59,316 nucleotides of DNA from the NCBI GenBank assembly GCA_051747505.1, contig JBNJGE010000001.1:1184-60499 (forward strand). Direction: 5' to 3'. Below the pieces are notes generated by a model. That model ran no database searches, was not told the DNA's origin, and was given only the letters and a program-made list of their open reading frames with translations. The position numbers were made by a program, and so were the translations under genes. This stretch comes from Pseudomonadota bacterium (lineage in GTDB: Bacteria; Pseudomonadota; Alphaproteobacteria; Rhodobacterales; Rhodobacteraceae). Below are positions 39,303-50,262 of this stretch, piece after piece (position 1 is the first letter of the stretch; every line of letters starts with the position of its first letter).

Positions 39303-40739
39303 ATGAGCCCAGCCACCCGCCTGCCCCAGGACATCGGCCCGATCCATTTCGTCGGCATCGGGGGCATCGGCATGTCCGGCATCGCCGAGGTGATGCTCAA
39401 CCTGGGCTACGTGGTGCAGGGCTCGGACTCGAAGGAATCCGACAACGTCGCCCGCCTGCGGGCGCTGGGCGCGCGCGTCGAGATCGGCCAGAAGGCGGAA
39501 AATCTTGCGGGCGCGGAGGTCGTGGTCATCTCCTCGGCCATCAAGCCGGGCAACCCGGAGCTTGACGCCGCCCGCGCGCAGGGGCTGCCGGTGGTCCGCC
39601 GGGCGGAGATGCTGGCCGAGCTGATGCGCCTGAAATCGAACATCGCGGTGGCCGGCACCCACGGCAAGACGACCACCACCTCCATGGTCGCCGCCCTGCT
39701 GGACGCGGGCGGGGTGGACCCGACCGTGATCAACGGCGGCATCATTCACGCCTACGGCTCCAACGCCCGCATGGGGGAGGGCGAGTGGATGGTGGTCGAG
39801 GCCGACGAGAGCGACGGCACCTTCGTCAAGCTGCCCGCGACACTGGCGATCATCACCAACATCGACCCCGAGCACCTGGACCACTACGGCGACTTCGACG
39901 GCATCCGCGCGGCCTTCGACGCCTTCGTCTCCAACATCCCCTTCTACGGCGCCGCCGTCTGCTGCATCGACCACCCCGAGGTGCAGAGCCTGGTGGGCCG
40001 CGTGGACGACCGCCGGGTCATCACCTACGGCTTCTCGCTGCAGGCCGACGTGGTCGGGGTGAACCTGCGCCACGAGGGAGGCGGCGCGACCTTCGACGTC
40101 ATCGCCCGCCTGCGCGACGGCCGCTGGCGGGGGGAGCGGCGGCTGGAGGGCCTCCGCCTGCCCATGCCGGGCGACCACAACGTGCAGAACGCGCTGGGCG
40201 CCGTCGCCGTGGCGCTGGAGCTCGGCCTGCCCGACGCCGCCATCCGCAGGGCGCTGGCGAGCTTCGAAGGGGTCAACCGCCGCTTCACCCGCGTGGGCGA
40301 GTGGAACGGCGCCGCCCTGATCGACGACTACGGCCACCACCCGGTGGAGATCTCCGCCGTTCTGCGCGCCGCGCGCCAGGCCGTGGGGCCGGAGGGGCGG
40401 GTGATCGCCGTCCACCAGCCTCACCGCTACTCCCGCCTCGCCTCGCTCTTCGAAGACTTCTGCAAGTGCTTCAACGAGGCCGACATGGTCGCCATCGCCC
40501 CCGTCTACGCCGCGGGCGAGGCGCCGGTGGAGGGCGCCGACCGCGACGCGCTGGTCGCCGGGCTGCGCCGCCACGGCCACCGCGACGCCGAGGCGCTGGA
40601 GGGGCCCGAGGCGCTGCCCGACTACGTCGCCTCCCGCGCGCAGCCCGGGGACATCGTGGTCTGCCTCGGCGCCGGCTCCATCACCCAGTGGGCCCATGCG
40701 CTGCCCGAGGCGCTGGAGGCCCGGCAGGCGGCGGAGTGA
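39303..40739 (+). CDS. murC: UDP-MurNAc:L-alanine ligase
   Basis: [30 protein letters not shown]. Confidence 0.97.
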   Translation: MSPATRLPQDIGPIHFVGIGGIGMSGIAEVMLNLGYVVQGSDSKESDNVARLRALGARVEIGQKAENLAGAEVVVISSAIKPGNPELDAARAQGLPVVRRAEMLAELMRLKSNIAVAGTHGKTTTTSMVAALLDAGGVDPTVINGGIIHAYGSNARMGEGEWMVVEADESDGTFVKLPATLAIITNIDPEHLDHYGDFDGIRAAFDAFVSNIPFYGAAVCCIDHPEVQSLVGRVDDRRVITYGFSLQADVVGVNLRHEGGGATFDVIARLRDGRWRGERRLEGLRLPMPGDHNVQNALGAVAVALELGLPDAAIRRALASFEGVNRRFTRVGEWNGAALIDDYGHHPVEISAVLRAARQAVGPEGRVIAVHQPHRYSRLASLFEDFCKCFNEADMVAIAPVYAAGEAPVEGADRDALVAGLRRHGHRDAEALEGPEALPDYVASRAQPGDIVVCLGAGSITQWAHALPEALEARQAAE

Positions 40740-40764
40740 ACCGCCCGCCCGCCAGGAGCCCGCG

Positions 40765-42000
40765 ATGACCCTTCCCGACGCCGGACTGAGCCGCCGCATC
40801 GGGGTCGGCCTGCTGACCCTCTACGGCCTCGGCGTGATGGTCGGCGCCGGCATCTACGTGCTCACCGGCGCGGTGGCGGGGCAGGCGGGGCTGCTGGCGC
40901 CTTTCGCCTTCCTGCTGGCCGGAGCGCTGGTCGCGCCCACGGCGGCGAGCTACGCGGAGCTTTCGGCCCGCATTCCCGAGGCGGGCGGCGAGGCCGCCTA
41001 TCTGCGCGAGGCCTTCGGGGGCGCCATCCTGCCCGCGCTGGCGGCGGCGCTGATCGTGGGGGGCGCGACCCTTTCGGCCTCGGCGGTGCTGCAGGGGGGC
41101 GTGGGTTATCTTGATGCGCTGGTCCCGCTGCCGGGCGTGCCGCTGACGCTCGTCATCGCGGGGGTGCTGACGCTGGCGGCCATCGCGGGCGTGGTGGAAT
41201 CGCTCGCGCTCGCCGCCGTCCTGACGGTGGCGGAGGTCGGAGGGCTGCTCTTCGTCGTCTGGGCCGGCTTCTCCGCCCCGCCGAGCGACGCCTGGTCGGC
41301 CGGATTCTCGGCCGCCTGGGGCCAGATGGGCCCGGCGGCCGCGCTGGCCGGAATCGCGGGGGCCACGCTGCTCGCCTTCTTCGCCTTCATCGGCTTCGAG
41401 GACATGGTCAACATGGCCGAGGAGACGGTGGACCCCGGCCGGGTCATGCCACGGGCGATCCTGCTGGCCCTGCTCGCCACCGCCGTGCTCTACGCGCTTG
41501 TCGCCGCGGCTTCCGTTCGGGCCGTGGCGCCGGAGACGCTGGCGCTTTCCGACAAGCCCATGGCGCTGGTCGCCGAGGCCGGGGCGCCGGGCGGGGGCGG
41601 GGCGGGGCTCTCGGTCGTGGCCTTCGCGGCGGCGATCAACGGGGTGCTGGCGCAGCTGGTGATGGGCTCGCGCATGCTCTACGGGCTGGCGCGCCGTCTG
41701 CCGGGGCTGAAATGGCTGGGGGTCGCGCATCCGCGCTACCGCACGCCGGCGCGGGCGACGCTGGTGGTGGCCGCGCTGCTGACGGTCACGTCGCTGCTGG
41801 TGCCCCTGGTCTCGCTCGCCGCGACATCCGCCAGCGTCCTGCTGGTGGTCTTCATGGTCATGAACGCCACGCTTCTTGTCCTGCGCCGCCGCGCGCCTTC
41901 GCCGCCGGGCGCCTGGACGGCGCCGGGCTGGGTCCCCTGGGCGGGGATCGCGGGCTCGGCGCTGACGCTGGCCACCTCGCTGGTGGGTCTGTCGGTATGA
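40765..42000 (+). CDS. APC-superfamily amino acid permease
   Basis: TM1 [17 protein letters not shown]...AGGEA.Y, TM6 FFAFIGFE...EE; ~12 TM; AGGAG RBS. Confidence 0.88.
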   Translation: MTLPDAGLSRRIGVGLLTLYGLGVMVGAGIYVLTGAVAGQAGLLAPFAFLLAGALVAPTAASYAELSARIPEAGGEAAYLREAFGGAILPALAAALIVGGATLSASAVLQGGVGYLDALVPLPGVPLTLVIAGVLTLAAIAGVVESLALAAVLTVAEVGGLLFVVWAGFSAPPSDAWSAGFSAAWGQMGPAAALAGIAGATLLAFFAFIGFEDMVNMAEETVDPGRVMPRAILLALLATAVLYALVAAASVRAVAPETLALSDKPMALVAEAGAPGGGGAGLSVVAFAAAINGVLAQLVMGSRMLYGLARRLPGLKWLGVAHPRYRTPARATLVVAALLTVTSLLVPLVSLAATSASVLLVVFMVMNATLLVLRRRAPSPPGAWTAPGWVPWAGIAGSALTLATSLVGLSV

Positions 42001-42959
42001 GCCGGGCGCTGGACGCCGAGGCGCTGATGGCGCGCCTTCCCGCCGTGCGCGGGACGCTGTCACCCCTGCGCCCGCTCGCCCCCCTGTGCTGGCTGCGCGT
42101 GGGCGGGCCGGCGGAGGTCCTGTTCCAGCCCGCCGACCGCGCGGACCTCGCCGCCTTCCTGCGCGGGCTGCCGGCGGATGTGCCGCTGACGCCGCTGGGC
42201 GTGGGCTCCAACCTCATCATCCGCGACGGGGGGCTGCCGGGAGTCTCCGTCCGCCTCGGCCGCGGCTTCAACGGGGCGGAGGTGCTGCCCGGCCATCGCC
42301 TGCGCCTCGGCGCCGCGATGCTCGACGCCCAGGCCGCGAAGCGGGCCGCGCAGGGCGGCGTCGCCAGGCTGGAGTTCCTGCGCACCATCCCCGGCGCCAT
42401 CGGGGGCGCGGTGCGCATGAACGCGGGCTGCTACGGCAGCTACGTCGCCGACGTTCTGGAGGAGGTCACCGTGCTGACCCGGACGGGCGAGGAGCGCCGG
42501 CTGGGGCCGGAGGAGCTCGGCTTCGCCTACCGCTCCACCACCCTGCCGGAGGACTGGATCGTGGTGGAGGCGATCCTGAAGGGCCGCCCGGGCGAGCCGG
42601 CGGAGATCGAGGCGCGCATGGCCGAGCTGGTGGCCCGGCGCGAGGCGTCCCAGCCGCTCAGGGACCGCTCCTGCGGCTCCACCTTCCGCAACCCGGCCGG
42701 CTTCTCCTCCACCGGGGAGGTCGACGACCCCATGGAAATGAAGGCCTGGTCGCTGATCGACCGCGCGGGCTGTCGCGGGCTGAGCCGGGGGGGCGCGCGC
42801 ATCTCCGACAAGCACGCCAACTTCCTGATCAACGCCGGCGGGGCCACCGCCGCGGACCTGGAGGGGCTGGGCGAGGAGGTCCGCGCCCGGGTCCTGGAGC
42901 GCTTCGGCGTGACGCTGGACTGGGAGATCAAGCGCATCGGCCTGCCGGAGGAGAGTTGA
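41997..42959 (+). CDS. murB: UDP-N-acetylenolpyruvoylglucosamine reductase
   Basis: [34 protein letters not shown]; ATGA overlap with the permease. Confidence 0.95.
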   Translation: MSRALDAEALMARLPAVRGTLSPLRPLAPLCWLRVGGPAEVLFQPADRADLAAFLRGLPADVPLTPLGVGSNLIIRDGGLPGVSVRLGRGFNGAEVLPGHRLRLGAAMLDAQAAKRAAQGGVARLEFLRTIPGAIGGAVRMNAGCYGSYVADVLEEVTVLTRTGEERRLGPEELGFAYRSTTLPEDWIVVEAILKGRPGEPAEIEARMAELVARREASQPLRDRSCGSTFRNPAGFSSTGEVDDPMEMKAWSLIDRAGCRGLSRGGARISDKHANFLINAGGATAADLEGLGEEVRARVLERFGVTLDWEIKRIGLPEES

Positions 42960-43172
42960 GTCCGGCCGAAAACTCTCACGGTTAACCTCTTGGGGGCTTC
43001 CCGAAACCCGGCTTCGGCAGCTATGGTGAATCCAGCGTTTCGCCGCCCCGTTGGGCGCGGGACGTGCGAGCAGTCGGATGACCGGGGCCAACCCCGGCGG
43101 CGACCCTTACAGGCAGGCGCCATGAACGGCGCCGACGAAGCCCCCGGCAGAGGGGCGGGAACGAGGCGATTG

Positions 43173-44090
43173 ATGTCGGGCAGGGCCTCCACCCGCGTGG
43201 CGGTGCTCAAGGGCGGCCGTTCGGCCGAGCGCGAGGTGTCGCTCGTCTCGGGCGACAAGTGCGCGCGTGCGCTGGAGGCGGCCGGCTGGGACGTCGTCGA
43301 GATCGACGCCGACCCCGACCTGCCCGCGCGCCTGGCGGAGACCGCCCCGGACGTCGTCTTCAACGCCCTGCACGGCCGCTGGGGCGAGGACGGCTGCGTG
43401 CAGGGGCTGCTGGAATGGCTGCGCATCCCCTACACCCATTCCGGCGTGCTCGCCTCCGCGCTCGCCATGGACAAGGCCCGGGCGCGGGAGGTCTTCGCCG
43501 CCGCCGGCCTGCCCGTGGCCGAGGGGCGGCTGGTCACGCGGGAGGAGGCGGCCTCTGCCCACCCGCTGCCCCCGCCCTATGTGCTCAAGCCCTACAACGA
43601 GGGCTCCTCGGTCGGCGTGCATTTCGTCAAGGAGGGGGCCAACACGCCCGCCCGCCTGCCCGCCGACGCGCCCGAGGTGCTGCTGGCCGAGGCTTTCGTC
43701 CCGGGGCGCGAGCTGACCGTCTCCGTGCTCGGCGACCGGGCGCTGGCGGTGACCGATATCATCTCGAAGACCGGCTGGTACGACTACGAGGCGAAGTACG
43801 GCGCCGGCGGTTCCGATCACGTCATCCCGGCGGAGATCCCGGCGGAGATCGAGGCCGCCTGCCTCGATATCGCCCTGCGCGCCCACCGGGCGCTGGGCTG
43901 CCGCGGCCTCAGCCGCGCCGACCTGCGCTGGGACGTGGCGCGCGGCCGCGACGGGCTGATCCTGCTGGAGGTCAACACCCAGCCCGGCATGACCCCGACC
44001 TCGCTGTCGCCCGAGCAGGCCGCTCATGTCGGCATGGACTTCGAGGCCCTGGTGAGCTGGCTGGTGGAGGACGCCTCATGCGAGCGCTGA
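43173..44090 (+). CDS. ddl: D-alanine-D-alanine ligase
   Basis: [36 protein letters not shown]. Confidence 0.96.
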   Translation: MSGRASTRVAVLKGGRSAEREVSLVSGDKCARALEAAGWDVVEIDADPDLPARLAETAPDVVFNALHGRWGEDGCVQGLLEWLRIPYTHSGVLASALAMDKARAREVFAAAGLPVAEGRLVTREEAASAHPLPPPYVLKPYNEGSSVGVHFVKEGANTPARLPADAPEVLLAEAFVPGRELTVSVLGDRALAVTDIISKTGWYDYEAKYGAGGSDHVIPAEIPAEIEAACLDIALRAHRALGCRGLSRADLRWDVARGRDGLILLEVNTQPGMTPTSLSPEQAAHVGMDFEALVSWLVEDASCER

Positions 44091-44121
44091 CCGCCCCGGC
44101 CCTGACGCGGAGGGCCGCGCC

Positions 44122-45060
44122 GTGACCGCCCTGTCCCGCGCCGCCGCCCGCGCCCTGCGCCGCCTGCGCCCGGCCCCGCCCGCGCCCTTCGAGACGCCCC
44201 CGCGCCGGCGCGACCCCTCGCCCTCCCGCCTGCGCTACCGGCTCGACCGGCTGGGCCGGCGCGGCTATGTCCGCTTCGTCATGCGCAACCTCGCCGCCCC
44301 CGCGCTGATCCTCGCGATCGGCGCCTGGGCCTGGCAGAACCCGGCTTTGCGCGCCGCCGCCGCTGACATGGCGGAGCGCGCGCGCGCCAGCCTGGTCGAG
44401 CGCCCGGAATTCGCCGTGCGCAAGCTGCGCATCCGCGGCGGCAGCGAGGAGCTGCGCAAGCGCGTGGCCCTGCGCCTGGATCTCGGCCTGCCGGTCTCCT
44501 CGCTCAGCCTCGATCTGCCTTCCCTCAAGCGGGAGGTGGAGACCGTCCCCGGCGTCGCCTCCGCCGAGGTCAAGGTGGCCGCCGGCGGAGTGCTGCGCCT
44601 CGACCTAGTCCAGCGCGCCCCCGCCGCCCTCTGGCGGTGGGAGGGCCAGTTGCACCTCATTGACCGCGACGGCGTGGTCATCGCCCCCGTCGCCCGGCGC
44701 GCCGACCGCCCGGACCTGCCCCTGATCGTGGGCGAGGGCGCCGATCGCGCGGCGCCCGAGGCCCTCGCGCTGTGGCGCCGCGCCGCCCCGCTGCATGACC
44801 GCCTGCGCGGCCTCGTGCGGGTCGGGGAGCGGCGCTGGACGTTTGTGATGGGCTCCGGCCTGCGGGTGCATCTGCCCGCACAGGACCCGGAGGCCGCGCT
44901 GGCGCGGCTGATCGGCCTCGACGCCGCCGAGGACCTGCTGGACCGCGAAATCGAGGCGGTTGACCTGCGCGACCCGCAGCGCCCGACCCTGCGCCTGACC
45001 CCGCGCGCGGTGTCCGAGCTGCTGCGCATCCGCGCCTTCATGGAAGGGGAGGACGCATGA
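44122..45060 (+). CDS. ftsQ: Cell division protein FtsQ
   Basis: RDPSPSR N-terminus, TM, POTRA region, RRW, DLRDP; between ddl and ftsA. Confidence 0.9.
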   Translation: MTALSRAAARALRRLRPAPPAPFETPPRRRDPSPSRLRYRLDRLGRRGYVRFVMRNLAAPALILAIGAWAWQNPALRAAAADMAERARASLVERPEFAVRKLRIRGGSEELRKRVALRLDLGLPVSSLSLDLPSLKREVETVPGVASAEVKVAAGGVLRLDLVQRAPAALWRWEGQLHLIDRDGVVIAPVARRADRPDLPLIVGEGADRAAPEALALWRRAAPLHDRLRGLVRVGERRWTFVMGSGLRVHLPAQDPEAALARLIGLDAAEDLLDREIEAVDLRDPQRPTLRLTPRAVSELLRIRAFMEGEDA

Positions 45061-46391
45061 GGCACGCCCTGTTCGCGTCGCAGCGCATGATGCGCGACCA
45101 GCTTCGCTCCGCGCTCAAGCGGGGGCTGCTGGGGGTGCTCGACATCGGCACGTCCAAGACGGCCTGCTTCATCCTGAAGATCGACCCCAACAAGCTCGCC
45201 GCCTCGACGGCCGAGCACGGGCATCTCGGCGGTTTCGGCGCCATGCGGGTGATCGGGGCGGGCGTCACCCAGTCCCGCGGCGTGCGTCTGGGCGAGATCG
45301 CCGACATGGAGGAGTGCGAGCGAGCCATCCGCACCGCCCTCCAGATGGCCGAGAAGATGGCCGGGGTGCGGGTGGACCAGGTGATCGGCGCCGTCTCCGG
45401 CGCCCGGCCCGCCAGCTTCGGCGCCACCGGCGACGCCGAGGTGCTGGGCGCCGAGGTCTCCGAGGGCGACGTCGCCGCCGCGCTGGCCGCCTGTCCCGAG
45501 CCGCCGCTGGAGGAAGGGCGCGAGATCCTTCACGCCATGCCCGTCAACTTCACGCTGGACGGGCAGAGCTTCCTTTCCGATCCCCGCGGCATGACCGGCT
45601 CCGGCCTGTCGGTGGACATGCATGTCGTCTCCGTCGCGTCCGCGCCGCTGCGCAACCTCGCGCGCTGCGTGCGCCGTTGCGACCTGGAGCTGGCGGGCGT
45701 GGTCACCGCCCCCTACGCCGCCGGACTCGCGAGCCTGGTGGAGGACGAGCAGGAGCTCGGCGCCGCCTGCGTCGATCTCGGGGGCGGGGCCACCGGCCTC
45801 TCGGTCTTCCTGCGCAAGCAGCTCATCTATCTCGACGTCGCCCGCGTCGGCGGGCGCCACGTGACCCGCGACATCGCCGAGGCCTTCTCGCTGGAGCAGA
45901 GCCAGGCCGAGCGCATCAAGACCCTCCATGGCGGCGTCATGGCCACGGGTCTCGACGACCGAGAGATGATTCCCGCGCCCCCCATCGGCTCGCCCGAGGG
46001 GCACGAGCGCCACATCACCCGCTCCGCCCTGATCGGCGTGATCCGTCCGCGCGTTGAGGAGATCCTGGAGGAGGTGCGCATGCTCCTCGACCAGGCCGGG
46101 TTCCAGAGCCTGCCCTCCCGGCGCATCGTGCTCACCGGGGGCGGCGCGCAGCTTCCCGGGCTGGAGGACACCGCCCGCCGCGTGCTGGGCCAGCGCGTGC
46201 GCATCGGCCGGCCGCTGCGCATCGCCGGCCTGCCGCAGTCGGCCGCGGGGCCGGCGTTCTCCGCCATGGTGGGGCTGGCGGCCTATGCCGTGCGCCCGCA
46301 TGACGAAGTCTGGGATTTCGAGGCGCCCTCGACCCTGTCAGGCGGCACCCGCCTGCGGCGCGCGGTGCGCTGGTTCCGCGACAACTGGTGA
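45057..46391 (+). CDS. ftsA: Cell division protein FtsA
   Basis: LDIGTSK, DLGGGAT, VLTGGGA, C-terminal amphipathic WFRDNW. Confidence 0.95.
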   Translation: MRHALFASQRMMRDQLRSALKRGLLGVLDIGTSKTACFILKIDPNKLAASTAEHGHLGGFGAMRVIGAGVTQSRGVRLGEIADMEECERAIRTALQMAEKMAGVRVDQVIGAVSGARPASFGATGDAEVLGAEVSEGDVAAALAACPEPPLEEGREILHAMPVNFTLDGQSFLSDPRGMTGSGLSVDMHVVSVASAPLRNLARCVRRCDLELAGVVTAPYAAGLASLVEDEQELGAACVDLGGGATGLSVFLRKQLIYLDVARVGGRHVTRDIAEAFSLEQSQAERIKTLHGGVMATGLDDREMIPAPPIGSPEGHERHITRSALIGVIRPRVEEILEEVRMLLDQAGFQSLPSRRIVLTGGGAQLPGLEDTARRVLGQRVRIGRPLRIAGLPQSAAGPAFSAMVGLAAYAVRPHDEVWDFEAPSTLSGGTRLRRAVRWFRDNW

Positions 46392-46556
46392 GGGCCGGGC
46401 CGGCGGGGCGAGGAACCGTCGGCGGCCGCCGTTTTGGACGTGACCGGCCCGGAATCATCGGTTATCCTGATCAGCAATAAAAGCAACGCGAGCAGCAACC
46501 GGCGCCCCGAATCCATAAAAAATCTCCGGGGCGCGAGGCGGATACAGGCGGAGGCC

Positions 46557-48197
46557 ATGTCTCTCAAACTCACGATTCCGGAGCAGACGGAGCTCCGGCC
46601 GCGCATCACCGTATTCGGTGTCGGCGGGGCCGGGGGCAATGCCGTCAACAACATGATCGACAAGGCCCTCGAGGGCGTCGATTTCGTCGCGGCGAACACC
46701 GATTCGCAGGCCCTGCAGCAGTCCCGCGCCACGCGCCGGATCCAGCTGGGGACCGGCGTCACCCAGGGGCTCGGCGCCGGCGCCAAGCCCGAGGTGGGCT
46801 GCTCGGCCGCCGAGGAGTCGATCGAGGAGATCGTCGAGAGCCTGCACGGCGCCCATATGTGCTTCATCACCGCCGGCATGGGCGGGGGCACCGGCACCGG
46901 CGCGGCTCCGGTCATTGCCCGCGCGGCGCGCGAGATGGGCGTGCTGACCGTCGGCGTCGTGACGAAGCCCTTCCAGTTCGAGGGCTCCAAGCGCATGCGC
47001 TTCGCCGATCTGGGCGTGGATGAGCTGCAGCGCGTCGTCGACACGCTGATCATCATCCCCAACCAGAACCTCTTCCGCCTGGCGAACGAGCGCACGACCT
47101 TCGCCGAGGCCTTCATGATGGCCGACGACGTACTCTACCAGGGCGTCAAGGGCGTGACCGACCTGATGGTGCGCCCGGGCCTGATCAACCTCGACTTCGC
47201 CGATGTCCGCTCGGTGATGGACGAGATGGGCAAGGCCATGATGGGCACCGGCGAGGCCGACGGCGACGACCGCGCCGTCCAGGCCGCCGAGAAGGCCATC
47301 GCCAACCCGCTGCTGGACGAGATCAGCCTCAAGGGCGCCAAGGGCGTGCTGATCAACATCACCGGCGGCTACGACCTCACCCTGTTCGAACTGGACGAGG
47401 CCGCCAACCGCATCCGCCAGGAGGTGGACCCCGACGCCAACATCATCGTCGGCTCCACGCTCGACCCGGAGGTCGAGGGCGTCATGCGCGTCTCGGTGGT
47501 CGCCACGGGCATCGAGGCCGAGGACTGCGTGCGCGAGACCCCGCGCGCCGCCCGCACGGCCCAGCCCGCGCCGCAGGCCGAACAGCCGGACCCGCTCCCG
47601 CAGCCCGAGCCCGTCCCCGCGCCCGAGCCCGCCGAGCCTGTCCGGGCGGAGGCTCCGGCCGCGGAGCCTACGCCGCTCTTCGACGTGGACGACGCTCCCA
47701 TGGCTCAGCCGCCGGTCGAGGCCGAGGCCCCGGCGGTCGCCAGCCGGTTCGAACAGAACGGCGCCTTCATCGCCCCTGCCGCAGAGGCTCCCGCCGCCGC
47801 ACGCGCCGCGCCGGGCGACCCCACGCCGGAGACGCTGCGCCGGCTGCAGGCCGCCGTGTCGCATCCCGGCGATCCCTCCGCGCGGCGTCCCGAGCCGGTC
47901 CAGGACGCGGCCCCGCGTCCCGAGCCGCAGGCCGGGCAGCCTCAGACCCAGCCCCAGCCGCAGCAGCCGCACCAACAGCAGCAGCAGCCGCCGCAGCACC
48001 GGGCGCCCCAGGCCCAGCCGGGGGACCGCGGCCGCTTCGGCATAAATAGTCTGATCCACCGCATGACCGGCTCCGGCCAGGCCGAAGCGGGCCGCCCCGC
48101 GCAACGGGAGCCCTCGCTGCACGGGCGCGAGGACGACCCGGCCGAGGCCGACCGCCAGCGGGAGATCCCGGCCTTCCTGCGGCGCCAGGCAAACTGA
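46557..48197 (+). CDS. ftsZ: Cell division GTPase FtsZ with long linker
   Basis: [25 protein letters not shown]-terminal [11 protein letters not shown]. Confidence 0.98.
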   Translation: MSLKLTIPEQTELRPRITVFGVGGAGGNAVNNMIDKALEGVDFVAANTDSQALQQSRATRRIQLGTGVTQGLGAGAKPEVGCSAAEESIEEIVESLHGAHMCFITAGMGGGTGTGAAPVIARAAREMGVLTVGVVTKPFQFEGSKRMRFADLGVDELQRVVDTLIIIPNQNLFRLANERTTFAEAFMMADDVLYQGVKGVTDLMVRPGLINLDFADVRSVMDEMGKAMMGTGEADGDDRAVQAAEKAIANPLLDEISLKGAKGVLINITGGYDLTLFELDEAANRIRQEVDPDANIIVGSTLDPEVEGVMRVSVVATGIEAEDCVRETPRAARTAQPAPQAEQPDPLPQPEPVPAPEPAEPVRAEAPAAEPTPLFDVDDAPMAQPPVEAEAPAVASRFEQNGAFIAPAAEAPAAARAAPGDPTPETLRRLQAAVSHPGDPSARRPEPVQDAAPRPEPQAGQPQTQPQPQQPHQQQQQPPQHRAPQAQPGDRGRFGINSLIHRMTGSGQAEAGRPAQREPSLHGREDDPAEADRQREIPAFLRRQAN

Positions 48198-48228
48198 CCG
48201 CCTCGCGGCGCTCGCGACCCTCCCACTG

Positions 48229-48257
48229 CCGCCCGGCCTCCGCGCCGGGCGGTTTTT
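48229..48257 (+). terminator. Intrinsic terminator after ftsZ
   Basis: CCGCCCGGC-CTCCGC-GCCGGGCGG-TTTTT. Confidence 0.85.
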
Positions 48258-48395
48258 CATTCTTTATCAACCCTTTTTCCGGCGAAGCGTGACTCGGTGT
48301 TGCAAAGCGTTGCAAAGCTTTGATTTGCCGGGACTCCGGCCCTGCCCTAAACGAAACTCAACGAAAATATATCGAGCAGGCGAGAGGACGGACCC

Positions 48396-49292
48396 GTGCA
48401 GGCGACCCTCAGATCCCCCATCGACTTCCGTGGCCACGGCCTCCATTCCGGCCGCCCGGCCCGGCTGCGCCTGCTGCCCGCCTCGGCGAACTACGGCATC
48501 TGGTTCAAGCGCACCGACATCCGTGATCGCGACGCGCTCATCCCCGCGCGCTGGGACGCGGTGGCCGACACCCGCCTGTGCACCGTGCTCGCCAACGCGG
48601 ACGGCGTGACGGTCTCCACCGTCGAGCACCTGATGGCCGCGCTCGCCGGCAGCGGCGTCGGCAACGCGCTGATCGAGATTGACGGCCCCGAGATCCCGAT
48701 CATGGACGGCTCCGCCCGCCCCTTCGCCGAGGCGATCCGCGCCGCCGGGCTTCGGGCCCTGGACGGGGAGTCCCGCGCGATCCGCATCCTCGCCCCCGTG
48801 GAGGTCAAGGACGCCGGCCGCCTCGCCCGGCTCGAGCCCGCCGAGCGTTTCGAGCTCGATTTCGGGATTGATTTCGACGCCCCGGCCATCGGCGCCCAGT
48901 CCAAGCGCCTGGCGCTGGTCAACGGCGCCGTGCTGGACCAGCTCGCCGACTCCCGCACCTTCTGCCTGCGCGCGGAGGTCGAGGCGATGCGCGCAAGCGG
49001 CCTCGCGCTGGGCGGCTCGCTGGACAACGCCGTGGTGGTCGACGGCGAGCGGGTGCTGAACCCCGGGGGGCTGCGCCACCCCGACGAGTTCGTGCGCCAC
49101 AAGATGCTCGACGCGGTCGGGGATCTGGCGCTGGCGGGCGCGCCGATCCTGGGCCGCTATGTCGGCCGGCGCGCCGGGCACGAGATGAACAACCGCATCC
49201 TGCGCGCCCTCTTCGCCCGGCCCGACGCCTGGCGGCTGGAGGTCGTCCCCTCCGCCCGGGCCGAGGGGCTCGGGCTGCGGGCCGCCGCCTGA
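48396..49292 (+). CDS. lpxC: UDP-3-O-acyl-GlcNAc deacetylase
   Basis: GLHSG, TVEHLMAAL, PIMDGS, RHKMLDAVGD. Confidence 0.96.
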   Translation: MQATLRSPIDFRGHGLHSGRPARLRLLPASANYGIWFKRTDIRDRDALIPARWDAVADTRLCTVLANADGVTVSTVEHLMAALAGSGVGNALIEIDGPEIPIMDGSARPFAEAIRAAGLRALDGESRAIRILAPVEVKDAGRLARLEPAERFELDFGIDFDAPAIGAQSKRLALVNGAVLDQLADSRTFCLRAEVEAMRASGLALGGSLDNAVVVDGERVLNPGGLRHPDEFVRHKMLDAVGDLALAGAPILGRYVGRRAGHEMNNRILRALFARPDAWRLEVVPSARAEGLGLRAAA

Positions 49293-49388
49293 GGGCGGCC
49301 CGCCCCTTGCTCTCGCCCCGCTTGCGCGCGTAAACCCGACCGGGGGCGCGGCCGCCGCCGCGCCCGGCGTTCCGCCATCCGAAAGGAC

Positions 49389-50225
49389 ATGCGCGCGATG
49401 ATCCGACTCGCCCTCGCCGCCTTCGCCCTGCTGGCGCTGACCGCCTGCTCCAGCGACGACGACGACCCCTACGCCGACCCCTATGCAGGGCGCGGCGCCG
49501 CGGAGCTCTTCGCCGAAGGCGAGGCGCTGCTCAACGAGGGGCAGGAGGAGGACGCCGCCAAGACCTTCGAGGAGCTCGAGCGCGTCCACCCCTATTCGGA
49601 ATGGGCGAAGCGCTCGATGATCATGGCCGCCTTCGCCTACTATCAGGGCGGCCTTTTTGACGAGGCCGTGGCGGCGGCGGAGCGCTATATCAGCTTCTTC
49701 CCCGCCGACCCGGACGCGGCCTACGCCCAGTACCTCGTCGGCATGTCCTTCTATGACCAGATCATGGACGTGGAGCGCGACCAGGCCGCCACCCGCCGCG
49801 CGCTGCAGGAGCTCGAGGAGGTCGTGCGCCGCTACCCCGAATCCGACTACGCCCGCGAGGCGCAGCTCAAGATCGACCTCGCACGCGACCAGCTGGCGGG
49901 CAAGGAGATGCTGGTGGGCCGCTACTATCTGGGGCAAGGCAACTACGTGGCGGCGATCAACCGCTTCAAGGAGGTCCTCTCGCGCTACCAGACGACCTCG
50001 CACGCGCCCGAGGCGCTGCACCGTCTGGTGGAGGCCTATCTGAGCCTCGGCATCGAGTCGGAGGCCCGCACCGCGGCCGCCGTGCTGGGCCACAACTTCC
50101 CCGGCTCCAGGTGGTACGAGGCCTCCTACGCGCTTATGCAGGGCGCGGACATCGCCCCCTTCGAGGACAAGGAGAGCTGGATCTCCAAGGTCTTCCGCCG
50201 CGTGGTGACCGGGGACACGATCTGA
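49389..50225 (+). CDS. bamD: Outer membrane assembly lipoprotein BamD
   Basis: Lipobox LTAC, TPR-like helices, AAINRF; lpxC-bamD-recN order. Confidence 0.93.
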   Translation: MRAMIRLALAAFALLALTACSSDDDDPYADPYAGRGAAELFAEGEALLNEGQEEDAAKTFEELERVHPYSEWAKRSMIMAAFAYYQGGLFDEAVAAAERYISFFPADPDAAYAQYLVGMSFYDQIMDVERDQAATRRALQELEEVVRRYPESDYAREAQLKIDLARDQLAGKEMLVGRYYLGQGNYVAAINRFKEVLSRYQTTSHAPEALHRLVEAYLSLGIESEARTAAAVLGHNFPGSRWYEASYALMQGADIAPFEDKESWISKVFRRVVTGDTI

Positions 50226-50262
50226 GCCGCGCCGCCCCCGGATACCGGGCGGCCTGAGCGCC

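Noticed and set aside
50226-50262. LexA box upstream of recN
   Set aside because: No GTTC-N7-GTTC or GAAC-N7-GAAC; recN appears to follow bamD in an operon
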